DNA from: Alphaproteobacteria bacterium | GTDB lineage: Bacteria; Pseudomonadota; Alphaproteobacteria; UBA2966 | DNA: 64,000 nt | Assembly: GCA_964291395.2 (NCBI GenBank) | Contig: OZ219858.1 | Location: forward strand, 1,216,001 to 1,280,000 | Direction of reading: 5' to 3' | Shown here: positions 1 through 10,263 of the stretch, in pieces | Layout of the letters: the number at the start of each line of letters is the position of its first letter | How positions within the stretch are numbered: the stretch's first letter is position 1 | Made by a program: the position numbers and the translations under genes | The notes under the pieces: model-generated | What the model saw: only the letters and a program-made list of their open reading frames with translations | Told to the model about the DNA's origin: nothing | The model's database searches: none

Positions 1-300
1 GCTCTCGAAGCGACCGTCTGCCAGCATCAGGAGGAAGGCGCGGGTCAGGATATCGGAATTGTCCGGATCCCCCTGAAGAACGCGTTCGTAGTATGTCGAT
101 GCAGACGTAATGTCGCCGACGGAACGGGCGTATCTGCCGGCGAGGTATTGACCGAAGACGGACCCTTCCTCGGCCCACGTCTCGCCGCCGGCCGCCGCAT
201 GTGCCGGGGCCGTCGGGACCGCAAGGACCAACGCGGCAACGGCAGCCGCTCCGAGCCATCTACCGGCGGCCAACCGGGAACATACGAAATCCGGCTTCAT
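1..300 (-). CDS. Tetratricopeptide repeat protein, N-terminal part (runs off window edge)
   Basis: Manual translation from ATG 300: MKPDFVCSRLAAGRWLGAAAVAALVLAVPTAPAHA (signal peptide), then GQYLAGRYARSVGDITSASTYYERVLQGDPDNSDILTRAFLLMLADGR. This is the TPR protein usually found next to ETF-QO. Confidence 0.75.
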   Translation of the reverse strand, partial: MKPDFVCSRLAAGRWLGAAAVAALVLAVPTAPAHAAAGGETWAEEGSVFGQYLAGRYARSVGDITSASTYYERVLQGDPDNSDILTRAFLLMLADGRFES

Positions 301-399
301 TCGTCAGCCATGCCCCGGACGTCGGACCCATGTACCGTTATTGTATCGGCCTTGTCCCATGTTTGTTAGCCAGACGAAGGCTTCGGGATCTCGGCATCT

Positions 400-2055
400 T
401 CACATGTTGGGGTAGTTGGGCCCACCACCGCCTTCGGGCACCACCCAGTTGATGTTCTGGCCGGGATCCTTGATGTCGCATGTCTTGCAGTGCACGCAAT
501 TCTGCGCGTTTATCTGGAGGCGTGGCTTCTCGTCGTCCTGGCCGACGATCTCATAGACGCCCGCCGGGCAGTAGCGCTGTTCGGGCGCATCGTATTCGGC
601 CAAGTTGACCTCGATGGGGACGCTCTCGTCCTTCAGGGTCAGGTGAACCGGCTGGTCTTCCTCGTGGTTCGTGTTCGACAGGAATACGGACGAGAGGCGG
701 TCGAACGTGACCTTGCCGTCCGGCTTCGGGTAGTCGATCCCGGGGCAGTCGGCGGCCTTCTTGAGGCGTGTGTGGTCCGGGTGATGGCGAAACGTCCACG
801 GCGCAAGGCCTCGCAATACCTTGAGGTCGAGGCCCCCGTACAGCGTTCCGAACAGGAGCCCTCGGCGGAACGCGGGCCGGAAATTGCGGGCGCGATGCAG
901 CTCATCGTAAACCCAGGACTCCCGAAACCGTCGGGGGTAGGCCTCCAGCGTATCTCCGCCGCGTCCCTCCCGGATCGCTTCGAAGACGGACTCCGCCGCC
1001 ATCATCCCGCTTTTCATCGCGGTATGGCTACCCTTGATCTTGGGCACGTTCAAAAATCCGGCGGCACAGCCCAGCAGCACGCCGCCCGGGAACGCCAGCC
1101 TTGGTACGGACTGAAACCCGCCTTCGTTGATGGCGCGAGCGCCATAGGCGATCCGCCGCCCCCCTGCAAACACGGGACGGATGGAGGGATGGGTCTTGAA
1201 CCGCTGGAATTCCTCGAACGGGGAGAGATGCGGGTTCTCGTAGTCGAGGCCAACGACGAATCCCACCGACACCATGTTGTCTTCCAGATGATAGAGGAAG
1301 CTGCCACCGTAGGTCCGCGAGTCCATGGGCCAGCCCGCGGAATGCACGACGAGTCCCTGCTGGTGCTTGCCCGGTTCCACTTCCCACAGTTCCTTGATGC
1401 CGATGCCATAGGTCTGGGGATCCACGCCGTCGCGCAGCCGAAATCGCTCGAACAAGGTCTTGGTCAGGGAGCCGCGGCAGCCTTCGGCGAACAGCGTGTA
1501 CTTGGCGTGGAGCTCCATGCCAGGCTGGAACTCTGGTTTCCGGCTGCCGTCCCTGGCGACCCCCATGTCGCCGGTGGCGACGCCTTTGACATCGCCCCGA
1601 TCGTTGTAGACCACCTCGGCCGCCGCGAATCCGGGGAAGATCTCGACTCCCATCTCCTCCGCCTGGCTGGCCAGCCATCGGCACAGATTACCCAGGCTGA
1701 CGATGTAGTTGCCGTGGTTGTTGAGTTGTGGCGGTAAGAGGAAATTGGGGAGTCGAACGGCGCCTCCCTCGGTGAGGAACAGGAACTTCTCGTCCGTTAC
1801 GGGTGTGTTCAGCGGCGCGCCCCGATCCTTCCAATCGGGAAGCAACTCATCGATGGCACGGGGCTCGAGAACGGCGCCCGACAGGATATGGGCCCCGACT
1901 TCCGAACCTTTCTCCAGGATACAGATACCGAGATCGACATCATGCTCGACGCAGAGCTGCTTCAGCCGGATCGCGGCACTCAAACCCGAAGGTCCCGCGC
2001 CGACGATCACCACGTCGAATTCCATCGAGTCCCGTCCTTGCGCCTCTTCGGCCAT
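400..2055 (-). CDS. Electron transfer flavoprotein-ubiquinone oxidoreductase
   Basis: [15 protein letters not shown] motif, GAHILSGA, C-terminal 4Fe-4S motif YCPAGVYE...[13 protein letters not shown]. Confidence 0.97.
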   Translation of the reverse strand: MAEEAQGRDSMEFDVVIVGAGPSGLSAAIRLKQLCVEHDVDLGICILEKGSEVGAHILSGAVLEPRAIDELLPDWKDRGAPLNTPVTDEKFLFLTEGGAVRLPNFLLPPQLNNHGNYIVSLGNLCRWLASQAEEMGVEIFPGFAAAEVVYNDRGDVKGVATGDMGVARDGSRKPEFQPGMELHAKYTLFAEGCRGSLTKTLFERFRLRDGVDPQTYGIGIKELWEVEPGKHQQGLVVHSAGWPMDSRTYGGSFLYHLEDNMVSVGFVVGLDYENPHLSPFEEFQRFKTHPSIRPVFAGGRRIAYGARAINEGGFQSVPRLAFPGGVLLGCAAGFLNVPKIKGSHTAMKSGMMAAESVFEAIREGRGGDTLEAYPRRFRESWVYDELHRARNFRPAFRRGLLFGTLYGGLDLKVLRGLAPWTFRHHPDHTRLKKAADCPGIDYPKPDGKVTFDRLSSVFLSNTNHEEDQPVHLTLKDESVPIEVNLAEYDAPEQRYCPAGVYEIVGQDDEKPRLQINAQNCVHCKTCDIKDPGQNINWVVPEGGGGPNYPNM

Positions 2056-2184
2056 TCCGGCCTCCCTCTCCGCCACAGGGCTCATCCAGACACCGAAGAG
2101 ACCGGTATACGCGCGCGCGGCAAGACAGGTCAATTGATCCGCGCACTGCCGGGCGGTCGATGAATCTGTGCCTGTCTGCTAACC

Positions 2185-3075
2185 TTGCGGAGAAGCGAGT
2201 TCTCCAAGCCGCGATCGCGGGAACACGGTACGTTGCCTACCCGAGCCGAGCTCCTTGATCTCCTGCGCTGGCACATCGATGCCGGCGCCGACGAGGCCAT
2301 CGGAGATTCCCCGACGGACCATTTCAAAGCGGCATCCGTCCCGGAGCGCATGCAACGACAGGCGGTTGCCACTGGCCGCGTGCAAGCGGCAGCCGCGCCG
2401 CCGTCCTCCGAGGCGCCTCGGCGCCAGGCGAGCGTCCCGTTGTCCTTGGAAAGCCCGGCGGCGGCGGAGGGAAACGCGGACCAGCTCGCGAACGCGGCAT
2501 CGACACTCGCCGAACTCAGGGGTGCCATGCAGCAATTCGAAGGTTGCTCACTCAAGCACACGGCCATGAACCTCGTATTCGGCGACGGCAATCCCGATGC
2601 GGACGTGATGTTCATCGGCGAGGCGCCGGGGGCTGACGAGGACCGCGAGGGCCTGCCCTTCGTCGGGGTCAGCGGGCGGCTCCTCGATCGGATGATCGCG
2701 GCGATCGGAATGGACCGAACATCGGCCTACATCACGAACATCCTGCCGTGGCGCCCGCCGGGAAATAGAAAGCCGACGACGAACGAAGTCACCATCTGCC
2801 TGCCCTTCATCCGGCGTCATATCGAGCTTATGGCGCCACGGGTTCTGGTCTTGGTCGGAGGCACGTCGGCCAGCGCCCTCCTGGGCCGGTCGGAAGGGAT
2901 CACCAAGCTAAGGGGCCGGTGGCTCGTCTACCGCAGCGGCGACTCGGGCGGCGGGTTCGAGATCCCGTGCATGCCCATCTATCATCCCGCCTACCTGTTG
3001 CGGCAGTCGGCGCTCAAACGGGACGCTTGGCGAGACATCCTGGCGATCCAGGAACGTCTCCAATCCATGGAGTGA
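2185..3075 (+). CDS. Uracil-DNA glycosylase, family 4
   Basis: [28 protein letters not shown] and YHPAYLLR motifs; start codon uncertain. Confidence 0.93.
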   Translation: MRRSEFSKPRSREHGTLPTRAELLDLLRWHIDAGADEAIGDSPTDHFKAASVPERMQRQAVATGRVQAAAAPPSSEAPRRQASVPLSLESPAAAEGNADQLANAASTLAELRGAMQQFEGCSLKHTAMNLVFGDGNPDADVMFIGEAPGADEDREGLPFVGVSGRLLDRMIAAIGMDRTSAYITNILPWRPPGNRKPTTNEVTICLPFIRRHIELMAPRVLVLVGGTSASALLGRSEGITKLRGRWLVYRSGDSGGGFEIPCMPIYHPAYLLRQSALKRDAWRDILAIQERLQSME

Positions 3076-3165
3076 CGGCGCAAACGGAGGTGGCTGGAAC
3101 ACCCGTAAGCTTGCCGCGAATCGCTGCATCCGCTATGTAGCCGCCATGTTTCGGGGAACCGGAAG

Positions 3166-4998
3166 GTGTCTGCCGTGAAACGCGGGATCGGGTCCGACCA
3201 GCTCGTCGGCCCCGCGGTCCTTTGCGTATCCATTCTGATCGCGACCCAGGCCGTCGCACCGGCCGCCTCGGCGACCACCGAAGGCGGAGGCGTGTTTGCC
3301 GTGGAAGCCGTGGCGGACCCGATCGACACCGGAATCCTCAACCCGGAAGACGTCGCCCGCTATCAACGTATCTTCGAGCTTCAGGAAGACGGCGATTGGA
3401 AGGGGGCGGACAAGGAAATCGCCAAGCTTGGCGACCGTATCCTGATGGGCCACGTGCTCTATCAGCGGTACATGCATCCCACGAAATATCGCTCCAAGTT
3501 CAAGGAGCTCTCCATCTGGATGACTCGATACGCCGATCACCCGGGCGCCGACCGCGTCTATCGTTTGGCGCGTAAGCGGAAACCCGTGCGTGCACGGGCC
3601 CCGAAACGACCCGTACGGCCGAACGACCACAAAACCACGCAGATCACGGCTGTCGAGATCGGGAAATACGTCTCGTCTCGCAAGAGGAATCGCGCGACGC
3701 GCCGTGAGGTGCGGCGTCTGCATGCACATGTCCGGAGCCACATTCGCAGCCGCCGCCTGAATGGGGCGATCAAGCATCTCAAGAGTCGCAAGTACCGTGA
3801 GCTCCTGGACGACACGGAAACCGCCATTCTCTATGCCGGTATCGCCAAGGGGTACTTCCATCTTGGCCACGACGAGCGGGCATTCGCCCTGGCTTCGGAA
3901 AACGCCGCGCGAGCACGGACGTATGAACCGACGGTCGATATGTACGCGGGCCTGACGGCCTGGCGCCTGGGCCGGCCAACCGATGCCGCCATCCATTTCA
4001 GCGCCCTCGCTGAATCGCGAACCGCGTCCGAAAGGGAGGTCTCCTTCGGCGCGTTCTGGGCTGCCCGGGCACATCTCGTGGTCCGCAGTCCGGAACGCGT
4101 GACGCATTACCTGCGCATCGCCGCCGATCAGCCCCGCACCTTCTACGGACAGATCGCCCGCAGGCTCCTGGGCAACAGCGGGCCTCCGGCTTGGGAGGCC
4201 CCGGTCCTGTTTCCTTCGGACTACGCCAGGCTGAAGACCAGCCCCTACGTGCGGCGGGGTGTGGCCCTGTCGCAGATCGGGCGGCTCTATTGGGCCGAAC
4301 GCGAACTGCGGGCCGCGTTCATCGAAGCGCCGGGTGACGCCCGCAAAGCCGTGCTGGCGCTCGTGGTCAGGCTGGGGCTGCCGGGCGCGGAGCTGCGTCT
4401 GGCTCGGGCCATTCTCGCGTCCGACGGCGACGCCTATGACCGCGCGCTGTTTCCCGTACCGCCGTGGGAACCGGAAGGTGGCTTCAAGATCGATCGCGCC
4501 ATCCTATTTGCCCTGATGCGTCAGGAGTCCGGGTTCAACAGCCGGGCGAAAAGCGGCGCGGGAGCGCGAGGGCTGATGCAGTTGATGCCGCGGACGGCCA
4601 GTTTCATGGCCCGCGACCGGAGCCTCCACGGACGCAACAAGCGGAAGCTGTTCGCACCCGAGTACAACGTGCAACTCGGTCAGAAATATGTTGTGCACCT
4701 CATGACCGAGCACGAGTTCCTGGACAACCTGGTGATGGTGGTCGCGGCTTACAACGCCGGACCGGGCAACGTGAGGAAGTGGAAACGCCGGATCAAGGAG
4801 TCGAACGATCCGCTCTTGTTCGTCGAGAGCCTGCCTTCACGCGAGAACCGGGAATTCGTGCGGCGCGTGTTCGCGAACATGTGGATCTACCGGGCCCGAC
4901 TCGAACAGTCCGCCCCCTCGCTGGATGCGATCGCGGCGGGACGCTGGCCGGTCTACCATAGCCTCGACTTCCGGACGGAAACGGCGGCCAGCGAGTAG
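3166..4998 (+). CDS. Soluble lytic murein transglycosylase (SLT domain)
   Basis: RQESGF, GARGLMQLMPRTA, AYNAGPG and ENREFV motifs after a helical N-terminal region. Confidence 0.92.
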   Translation: MSAVKRGIGSDQLVGPAVLCVSILIATQAVAPAASATTEGGGVFAVEAVADPIDTGILNPEDVARYQRIFELQEDGDWKGADKEIAKLGDRILMGHVLYQRYMHPTKYRSKFKELSIWMTRYADHPGADRVYRLARKRKPVRARAPKRPVRPNDHKTTQITAVEIGKYVSSRKRNRATRREVRRLHAHVRSHIRSRRLNGAIKHLKSRKYRELLDDTETAILYAGIAKGYFHLGHDERAFALASENAARARTYEPTVDMYAGLTAWRLGRPTDAAIHFSALAESRTASEREVSFGAFWAARAHLVVRSPERVTHYLRIAADQPRTFYGQIARRLLGNSGPPAWEAPVLFPSDYARLKTSPYVRRGVALSQIGRLYWAERELRAAFIEAPGDARKAVLALVVRLGLPGAELRLARAILASDGDAYDRALFPVPPWEPEGGFKIDRAILFALMRQESGFNSRAKSGAGARGLMQLMPRTASFMARDRSLHGRNKRKLFAPEYNVQLGQKYVVHLMTEHEFLDNLVMVVAAYNAGPGNVRKWKRRIKESNDPLLFVESLPSRENREFVRRVFANMWIYRARLEQSAPSLDAIAAGRWPVYHSLDFRTETAASE

Positions 4999-5008
4999 GA
5001 TCCCGACG

Positions 5009-5557
5009 ATGTCTGCCAAGATTGACGAGACACGGCCGTTCGTTCCCGTGAGGATCGCCGTCCTGACCGTATCGGACACGCGGACTCTGGAGGACGACAA
5101 GTCGGGAAACGTCCTCGTCGAGCGTCTCCAGGCCGCCGGACATCGGTTGGCCGACCGGGATATCGTCAAGGACGATTTCGACATCATCGTCGCACGGCTT
5201 CGCGCCTGGATTGCCGACACGGACGTCGATGTCGTCATCGCGACCGGCGGCACGGGAGTCACAGGACGGGACGTCAGCCCCGAAGCCTTTCAATCGGTCT
5301 ACGAGAAGGAGATCGCCGGCTTCGGCGAGGTCTTCCGGATGCTGTCCTACGAGAAGATCGGCACGTCGACGATCCAGTCGCGGGCGACCGCGGGCGTGGC
5401 CGGCGGCACCTATCTGTTCGCGGTCCCGGGTTCGCCCGGCGCCTGCAGGGACGCCTGGGACGGAATCCTCGCCTCGCAGCTCGACTACCGGCACAGGCCG
5501 TGCAATTTCGTCGAGTTGATGGATCGCCTGCTGGAGCACGACTCGGGCGACGCCTGA
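5009..5557 (+). CDS. moaB: Molybdenum cofactor biosynthesis protein B
   Basis: IAVLTVSDTR, TGGTGVTGRD, PGSPGAC, RHRPCNFVE. Confidence 0.95.
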   Translation: MSAKIDETRPFVPVRIAVLTVSDTRTLEDDKSGNVLVERLQAAGHRLADRDIVKDDFDIIVARLRAWIADTDVDVVIATGGTGVTGRDVSPEAFQSVYEKEIAGFGEVFRMLSYEKIGTSTIQSRATAGVAGGTYLFAVPGSPGACRDAWDGILASQLDYRHRPCNFVELMDRLLEHDSGDA

Positions 5558-5688
5558 CGTCGCGTTCGCCGAAGCAGATCGCACCTCCTCCGGTATCCGA
5601 GGTTGCTGTCATCCAGAGGCTTGATGGGGCCGCGCCGGTCTCGGTCCCGGTGTTGGCTGCCCGCCTAGCACCTGCGCCCGGAGCGGCC

Positions 5689-6315
5689 CTACTTGCCGAG
5701 TATTGGGAGACCGCCCAGGGATCCCAGATCCTCGCCGGTGTCCACGTCGCGCAGCGTTTCGAGCGTCCGGACGTGCCAGGTGGCCGGAAACGTGGCAAGG
5801 GTGTCCTGCAGGGCGTGGGGACCGGACCAGCGAACGTCCCGGAACAGGTGCGGCCGCCAGCGTCCCGGAGGGGCCGGCCGCCGGGAGAACCCGATGAGCC
5901 AGTATCCGCCATCGTGGGCGGGGCCGACGACGGCATCATGGGTCTCCAATGCATCGAAGGCGGAACGGACGTGCCGTGCCGTGAGATCCGGAATGTCGCT
6001 GCCGACGATGACGACGGGTCCGGATGACATGGTGTGCAGGACCCGTGCCATGCGCGCGCCCAAATCCCCGGGACCCTGGGGAATTCGCGGGACTTCCTGC
6101 GGCCAGAACCGGCCGCGCCAGGCGAAGCCGTCGGGCGTGACGGCCAGGTGAAGCTCGATACCGCCAAGGGAGCGAAGCTCGGCGATCAGTCGAGCGGTCT
6201 CATTCCGGTAATAGCGCCACGCGGCATAATCCCCGATGTCGCCGGCGAGCCGTCGTTTGACGGTACCGATTCGGGGCGCCCTTGCGAATATCGCCACATG
6301 ACGGGTAGGCCGCAT
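5689..6315 (-). CDS. TIGR04282/DUF2064-family glycosyltransferase-like protein
   Basis: IFARAPRIGTVKRRL, QGPGDLGARM, IVGSDIP, GPAHDGGYWLIG, LRDVDT. Confidence 0.85.
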   Translation of the reverse strand: MRPTRHVAIFARAPRIGTVKRRLAGDIGDYAAWRYYRNETARLIAELRSLGGIELHLAVTPDGFAWRGRFWPQEVPRIPQGPGDLGARMARVLHTMSSGPVVIVGSDIPDLTARHVRSAFDALETHDAVVGPAHDGGYWLIGFSRRPAPPGRWRPHLFRDVRWSGPHALQDTLATFPATWHVRTLETLRDVDTGEDLGSLGGLPILGK

Positions 6316-6324
6316 GCCGGGGCT

Positions 6325-7020
6325 TCACCGATAGAATCGGGCGATCGTGCCCGGCGCTACGCCCAGGAAGTAGAGCGCGAGACAGAATAGATTGCGGACA
6401 CCTCGGCGAACGTAACCCTCCCGGCGATAGCGCCCCGGCGACGTCACCGCTTTCGCCGGAAGGATGACGAGCCGGCCCGAGCCGATGCGCCGCACCACGT
6501 CGACGTCCTCCATCAGCGGCATCGGGCGATAACCACCGATCTCGTCATAGAGCTTCCGCGATATCAGCAGGCCCTGATCCCCGTACGGCAGGGCGGCGAT
6601 GCGGCAGCGCCACCTCACGAGCCATTCCAGAACGCGCGCCGCAATCGACGGATCGTCGAGGGCGAACGAAAAGGCAGCGGCACGGCCTTGCGCCCCTTGG
6701 TCGGCCATCAACTCTCGGGCCGTCCGCTCCCAGCTAGCCGCCAGCCGCGTGTCCGCGTGGAGAAACAGGATCCACGGCGACCGGGCGGCCATGGCGCCGG
6801 CCGCGAGCTGCCGCCCCCGGCCCGGCGGTCCGCGTTCGACCCGCGCCCCGGCTGCGTCGGCGATCTCCGGGGTTCGGTCCGTCGAGCCGCCGTCGCTGAC
6901 GATGACGGCCCGGACCAAGCCTTCTTCGCGGGCGGCGGACAGGCTCCGCAGCGTCGCGTCCAGTGTCGCCGCGGCATTCAACGTCGGGATCACGACGTCG
7001 ATTTCGGGAACTTCTCGCAC
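6325..7020 (-). CDS. TIGR04283-family glycosyltransferase (GT2)
   Basis: VVIPTLNAA, SDGGSTD, GRGRQLAAGA, LFLHADT, PYGDQGL, PLMEDV; GTG start inferred. Confidence 0.87.
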   Translation of the reverse strand: MREVPEIDVVIPTLNAAATLDATLRSLSAAREEGLVRAVIVSDGGSTDRTPEIADAAGARVERGPPGRGRQLAAGAMAARSPWILFLHADTRLAASWERTARELMADQGAQGRAAAFSFALDDPSIAARVLEWLVRWRCRIAALPYGDQGLLISRKLYDEIGGYRPMPLMEDVDVVRRIGSGRLVILPAKAVTSPGRYRREGYVRRGVRNLFCLALYFLGVAPGTIARFYR

Positions 7021-7724
7021 AGACGGAGGAAGTTGCGATACAGCCGTTCCGCGTCGGCGTTGAATTCCGGGAGATATTCCGCGACCTCGTCCTCGAAGGC
7101 GCGCAGGGTTCCCGGTCCCAGGGTGTTCTCGAGCGCCTCGCGGTAAGCGGGAACCTCGCCCCACTCGGGAACGGTCTGCGGCGTCTGTTCGACGTGGTAT
7201 TGGATGCCGTAAGCGGTGTCGCTCACCGCGAAGGCCTGCACGCCGCAGAGCGTCGATTCGCAGAGCACTCTGGCGCCCGCGGGAGGCTCGCTGACCTCGT
7301 AGGAGTGCCACTGCAGGCAGCGGACGTTCGGTGTGAATCCGTCGAACAGGGGATCGTTCCGCCCGGCGGCGGTCAGACTGACCTCCATGACCCCGACCTC
7401 GGAGGCTGCCATGGGAGCGACGGTGCCGCCGAGCGCGTCAGCCAGCAATTGGGCGCCCAGACAGACGCCGAGGAAAGGCATTTCGAGCTCCAGCACGGCG
7501 TCCCGGATCGCCCGCTTCTCGTCGACGAGCCAGGGATAGTCATCCTCCTGCCAGGTGTCCATGGGGCCGCCCATGACCCACAGCATGTCGAAGTCGGCGA
7601 GATCCGGAATCGACTCGCCCGCATCGAGCTCGACGGCCTGCCAGTCGTGTCCGTCCTCCGCGAGGAAATCCCGGAATACGCCGGGATGCTCCACGGGGAT
7701 GTGCTGGAAGACGCAGACGCGCAT
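6990..7724 (-). CDS. Type 1 glutamine amidotransferase (GMP synthase GATase-like)
   Basis: QHIPVEHPG, MGGPM, GVCLGAQ (catalytic Cys), QYHVE (His-Glu). Confidence 0.9.
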   Translation of the reverse strand: MRVCVFQHIPVEHPGVFRDFLAEDGHDWQAVELDAGESIPDLADFDMLWVMGGPMDTWQEDDYPWLVDEKRAIRDAVLELEMPFLGVCLGAQLLADALGGTVAPMAASEVGVMEVSLTAAGRNDPLFDGFTPNVRCLQWHSYEVSEPPAGARVLCESTLCGVQAFAVSDTAYGIQYHVEQTPQTVPEWGEVPAYREALENTLGPGTLRAFEDEVAEYLPEFNADAERLYRNFLRLCEKFPKSTS

Positions 7725-7791
7725 GCGCCGAGCGTAGCATCGGGAGCGAGCGCATACGACCGCCGATTGAACATCCACCTCTTTTAAATTT

Positions 7792-7806
7792 GTTCTTTAT
7801 TTGTTC
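7792..7806 (+). promoter_or_regulatory. Alphaproteobacterial LexA (SOS) box
   Basis: GTTC-tttattt-GTTC is an exact GTTC-N7-GTTC, in an AT-rich promoter region about 25 nt upstream of a DNA-repair-type radical SAM gene. Confidence 0.75.
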
Positions 7807-7830
7807 TCATATTGCAGTATGCTTCCCGTG

Positions 7831-8958
7831 ATGAAACGGGACATCGCACCGACGCTCAGGGACGGCGTTGTGCACGAGGACGGACGGCGCGGCCGAGGGG
7901 CCGTCACGAACCCCACGGGACGGTTCGAGGCCGGACGCCGGGTTCTCCGCGACGCGCATTGGGAGTTCGACGACGGCTGGGACGGCGGGGACGAGCCGCC
8001 GCCGCCCTTGCGGACGACGGTCACCGAAGAGACCTGCCGCACCATCATCACCCGCAACGAGTCGCCCGACATTCCGTTCAGTACGTCCATCAACCCGTAT
8101 CGGGGCTGCGAGCACGGCTGCATCTACTGCTATGCCCGGCCGACCCACAGCTACTACGGGCTGTCGCCGGGGCTCGACTTCGAAAGCCGCTTGTTCGTCA
8201 AGCCGGACGCCGTCAGGGTTCTGCGGCGGGAACTGTCGCGTCCCGGCTATCGATGCGATGTCATCGCGCTCGGCACGAACACCGACTGTTATCAGCCCCT
8301 GGAGCGGGAACGGCGCGTCACCCGCGGCATTCTCGAACTGCTGTCGGCGTGCGACCACCCCGTGGGGATCGTCACCAAATCCCATCTGGTCACCCGCGAC
8401 ATCGATCTCCTGGCGCCAATGGCCGAGAAGGGCCTGGCGCAGGTGTTCGTCTCGATCACCACGCTCGACCGCAAGCTCGCTCGCCGCATGGAGCCGCGGG
8501 CCGCGACCCCGCCCCGGCGTCTCGCCGCCATCCGACGGATCTCGGCGGCCGGCATTCCCGTCGGCGTCCTCGCCTCCCCGATCATTCCTGGCCTGACCGA
8601 TCCGGAACTCGAGAGCATTCTCGGCGCGGCGCGAGACGCCGGCGCCATGAGCGCCAGCTATGTGCTCGTGCGCCTGCCGCACGAAGTGAAGAACCTGTTC
8701 CGTGAGTGGCTGAGCGAAATCGTCCCCGAGCGCGCCTCGCGCGTCATGTCGCTGATCCACGACATGCGCGACGGCCGCGACAACGATCCGCGTTTCGGAT
8801 CGCGCATGAAAGGCAGCGGGCCTTACGCGGAGATGATCGGGAAACGCTTCAAACTGGCGGTCGGTCGGCTCGGTCTCAACGAGCGCCGGATCAGCCTGGA
8901 TACCACACTGTTCCGGCCTCCGGATCGGGACGACGCTCAACTGTCGCTGCGACTATGA
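7831..8958 (+). CDS. PA0069-family radical SAM protein (spore photoproduct lyase-like)
   Basis: RGRGAVTNPTGRFE, SINPYRGCEHGCIYCYARPTH (CxxxCxxC), GTNTDCYQP, ends QLSL. Confidence 0.93.
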   Translation: MKRDIAPTLRDGVVHEDGRRGRGAVTNPTGRFEAGRRVLRDAHWEFDDGWDGGDEPPPPLRTTVTEETCRTIITRNESPDIPFSTSINPYRGCEHGCIYCYARPTHSYYGLSPGLDFESRLFVKPDAVRVLRRELSRPGYRCDVIALGTNTDCYQPLERERRVTRGILELLSACDHPVGIVTKSHLVTRDIDLLAPMAEKGLAQVFVSITTLDRKLARRMEPRAATPPRRLAAIRRISAAGIPVGVLASPIIPGLTDPELESILGAARDAGAMSASYVLVRLPHEVKNLFREWLSEIVPERASRVMSLIHDMRDGRDNDPRFGSRMKGSGPYAEMIGKRFKLAVGRLGLNERRISLDTTLFRPPDRDDAQLSLRL

Positions 8959-9038
8959 CGGCAGGGGCGATCGGATGACACCGGTCGCCCCCGCGCATCC
9001 CTCGTCCTCCGTGCGGACGGAGCGGGAGCGTTCTGCCG

Positions 9039-9425
9039 TTACGCGGGTTCGAGGATCCTCTCGAGCTCCGGCGTCCCTCCGTCGAGCGGCGGCAGCTGGC
9101 CGCCTCCCGAGATGCACATGTGCTGCTCGAACTCGTGCACCATGCAGATCATCTCGTCGGGCGAGGTGCCGATCTCCTTTTCCATGACCTTGTGGGCATG
9201 GTCGAAGAGCGCCTTGGTCCGTTCGGCCTCCTGGCCACGGCCCGGCCGCACGCCGCAGGACAGGAGCACGGTCTTGTCGCCGGGCTCGGCGTACATGTCG
9301 CGGATGGCGATCCAGATGTGCTCCTTGAACCAGCTCTTCGCGATGGCGTCATGGAGACCCTTGTGGATCCGGGACTTGGTCTCCCGACCCAAGCCTTCGG
9401 GAACGTCGACTCTGACGAACGGCAT
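9039..9425 (-). CDS. Tautomerase-superfamily protein (fused beta-alpha-beta units)
   Basis: Starts MP (Pro-1), 128 aa, two beta-alpha-beta-like halves with RPGR motif; AGGAG RBS upstream. Confidence 0.6.
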   Translation of the reverse strand: MPFVRVDVPEGLGRETKSRIHKGLHDAIAKSWFKEHIWIAIRDMYAEPGDKTVLLSCGVRPGRGQEAERTKALFDHAHKVMEKEIGTSPDEMICMVHEFEQHMCISGGGQLPPLDGGTPELERILEPA

Positions 9426-9533
9426 GCTCTACTCCTTGTGATTGCGTTTCCGCGAAGATAGCACGGAGTCGGGCCGCGGCAACACTCGGCCTCCTCGTGG
9501 CACGGGGCGCGATCAATTTGGAAAAACACCTCT

Positions 9534-10203
9534 ATGATATTCTCCATTGTCGAAAACAAGAGGCTCGACATACCCGATCTGTCATTGGAGTCTGTGCTCG
9601 CGCCGCCCGTCGCCGGTATCGACGAGGCCGGGCGGGGCCCATGGGCCGGGCCGGTCGTCGCAGCCGCCGTCATCCTTCCCGCCGACGGTGTCCCGGACGG
9701 GATCGACGATTCCAAACGCCTGCCGCGGGAGCGGCGGGTCGAACTGTACGAGCAAATCCGAGCGACGGCGACCGTCGGCATCGGCGAGGCCAGCGTCGAA
9801 GAGATCGACGTCCTGAACATACTCGAGGCCACCATGCTGGCCATGCGCCGGGCCGTCGAGGCGCTCGAGACCCGGCCCTCTCACGTCCTAGTGGACGGCA
9901 ACCGCCTGCCGGACCTCGCCTGTCCCGCCCAGGCTATCGTCAAGGGCGATTCGCGCTCGCTCTCCATCGCGGCGGCGTCGATCGTCGCATGCCGGCTATC
10001 CGCTGCCGTGGCGGCCAAGCTGACGCAAGGAGACCCGCGACCGGACCATGCGGCGGCTGGCGCGGACCTACCCCGGCTACGGCTGGGAGCACAATGCCGG
10101 CTATGGTACGCGGGAACATGCCCGGGCGCTCGAAACTCTCGGGCCGACCCCCCATCACCGGTGCTCGTTCCGGCCCGTGCGGGCGGCGCGGCGGTCTTTC
10201 TAG
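9534..10203 (+). pseudogene. rnhB: Ribonuclease HII, frameshifted by a 37-bp insertion at 9989-10025
   Basis: [42 protein letters not shown]. The conserved continuation KETRDRTM...[17 protein letters not shown]...[11 protein letters not shown] is in another frame from 10027 to TAG 10203. Confidence 0.85.
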
Positions 10204-10263
10204 GCCGGCCGCGCCGGAGGCGTCGCCGAAGCGCGTGACGCGAGGGAGGGTGACCCCGCCTAG

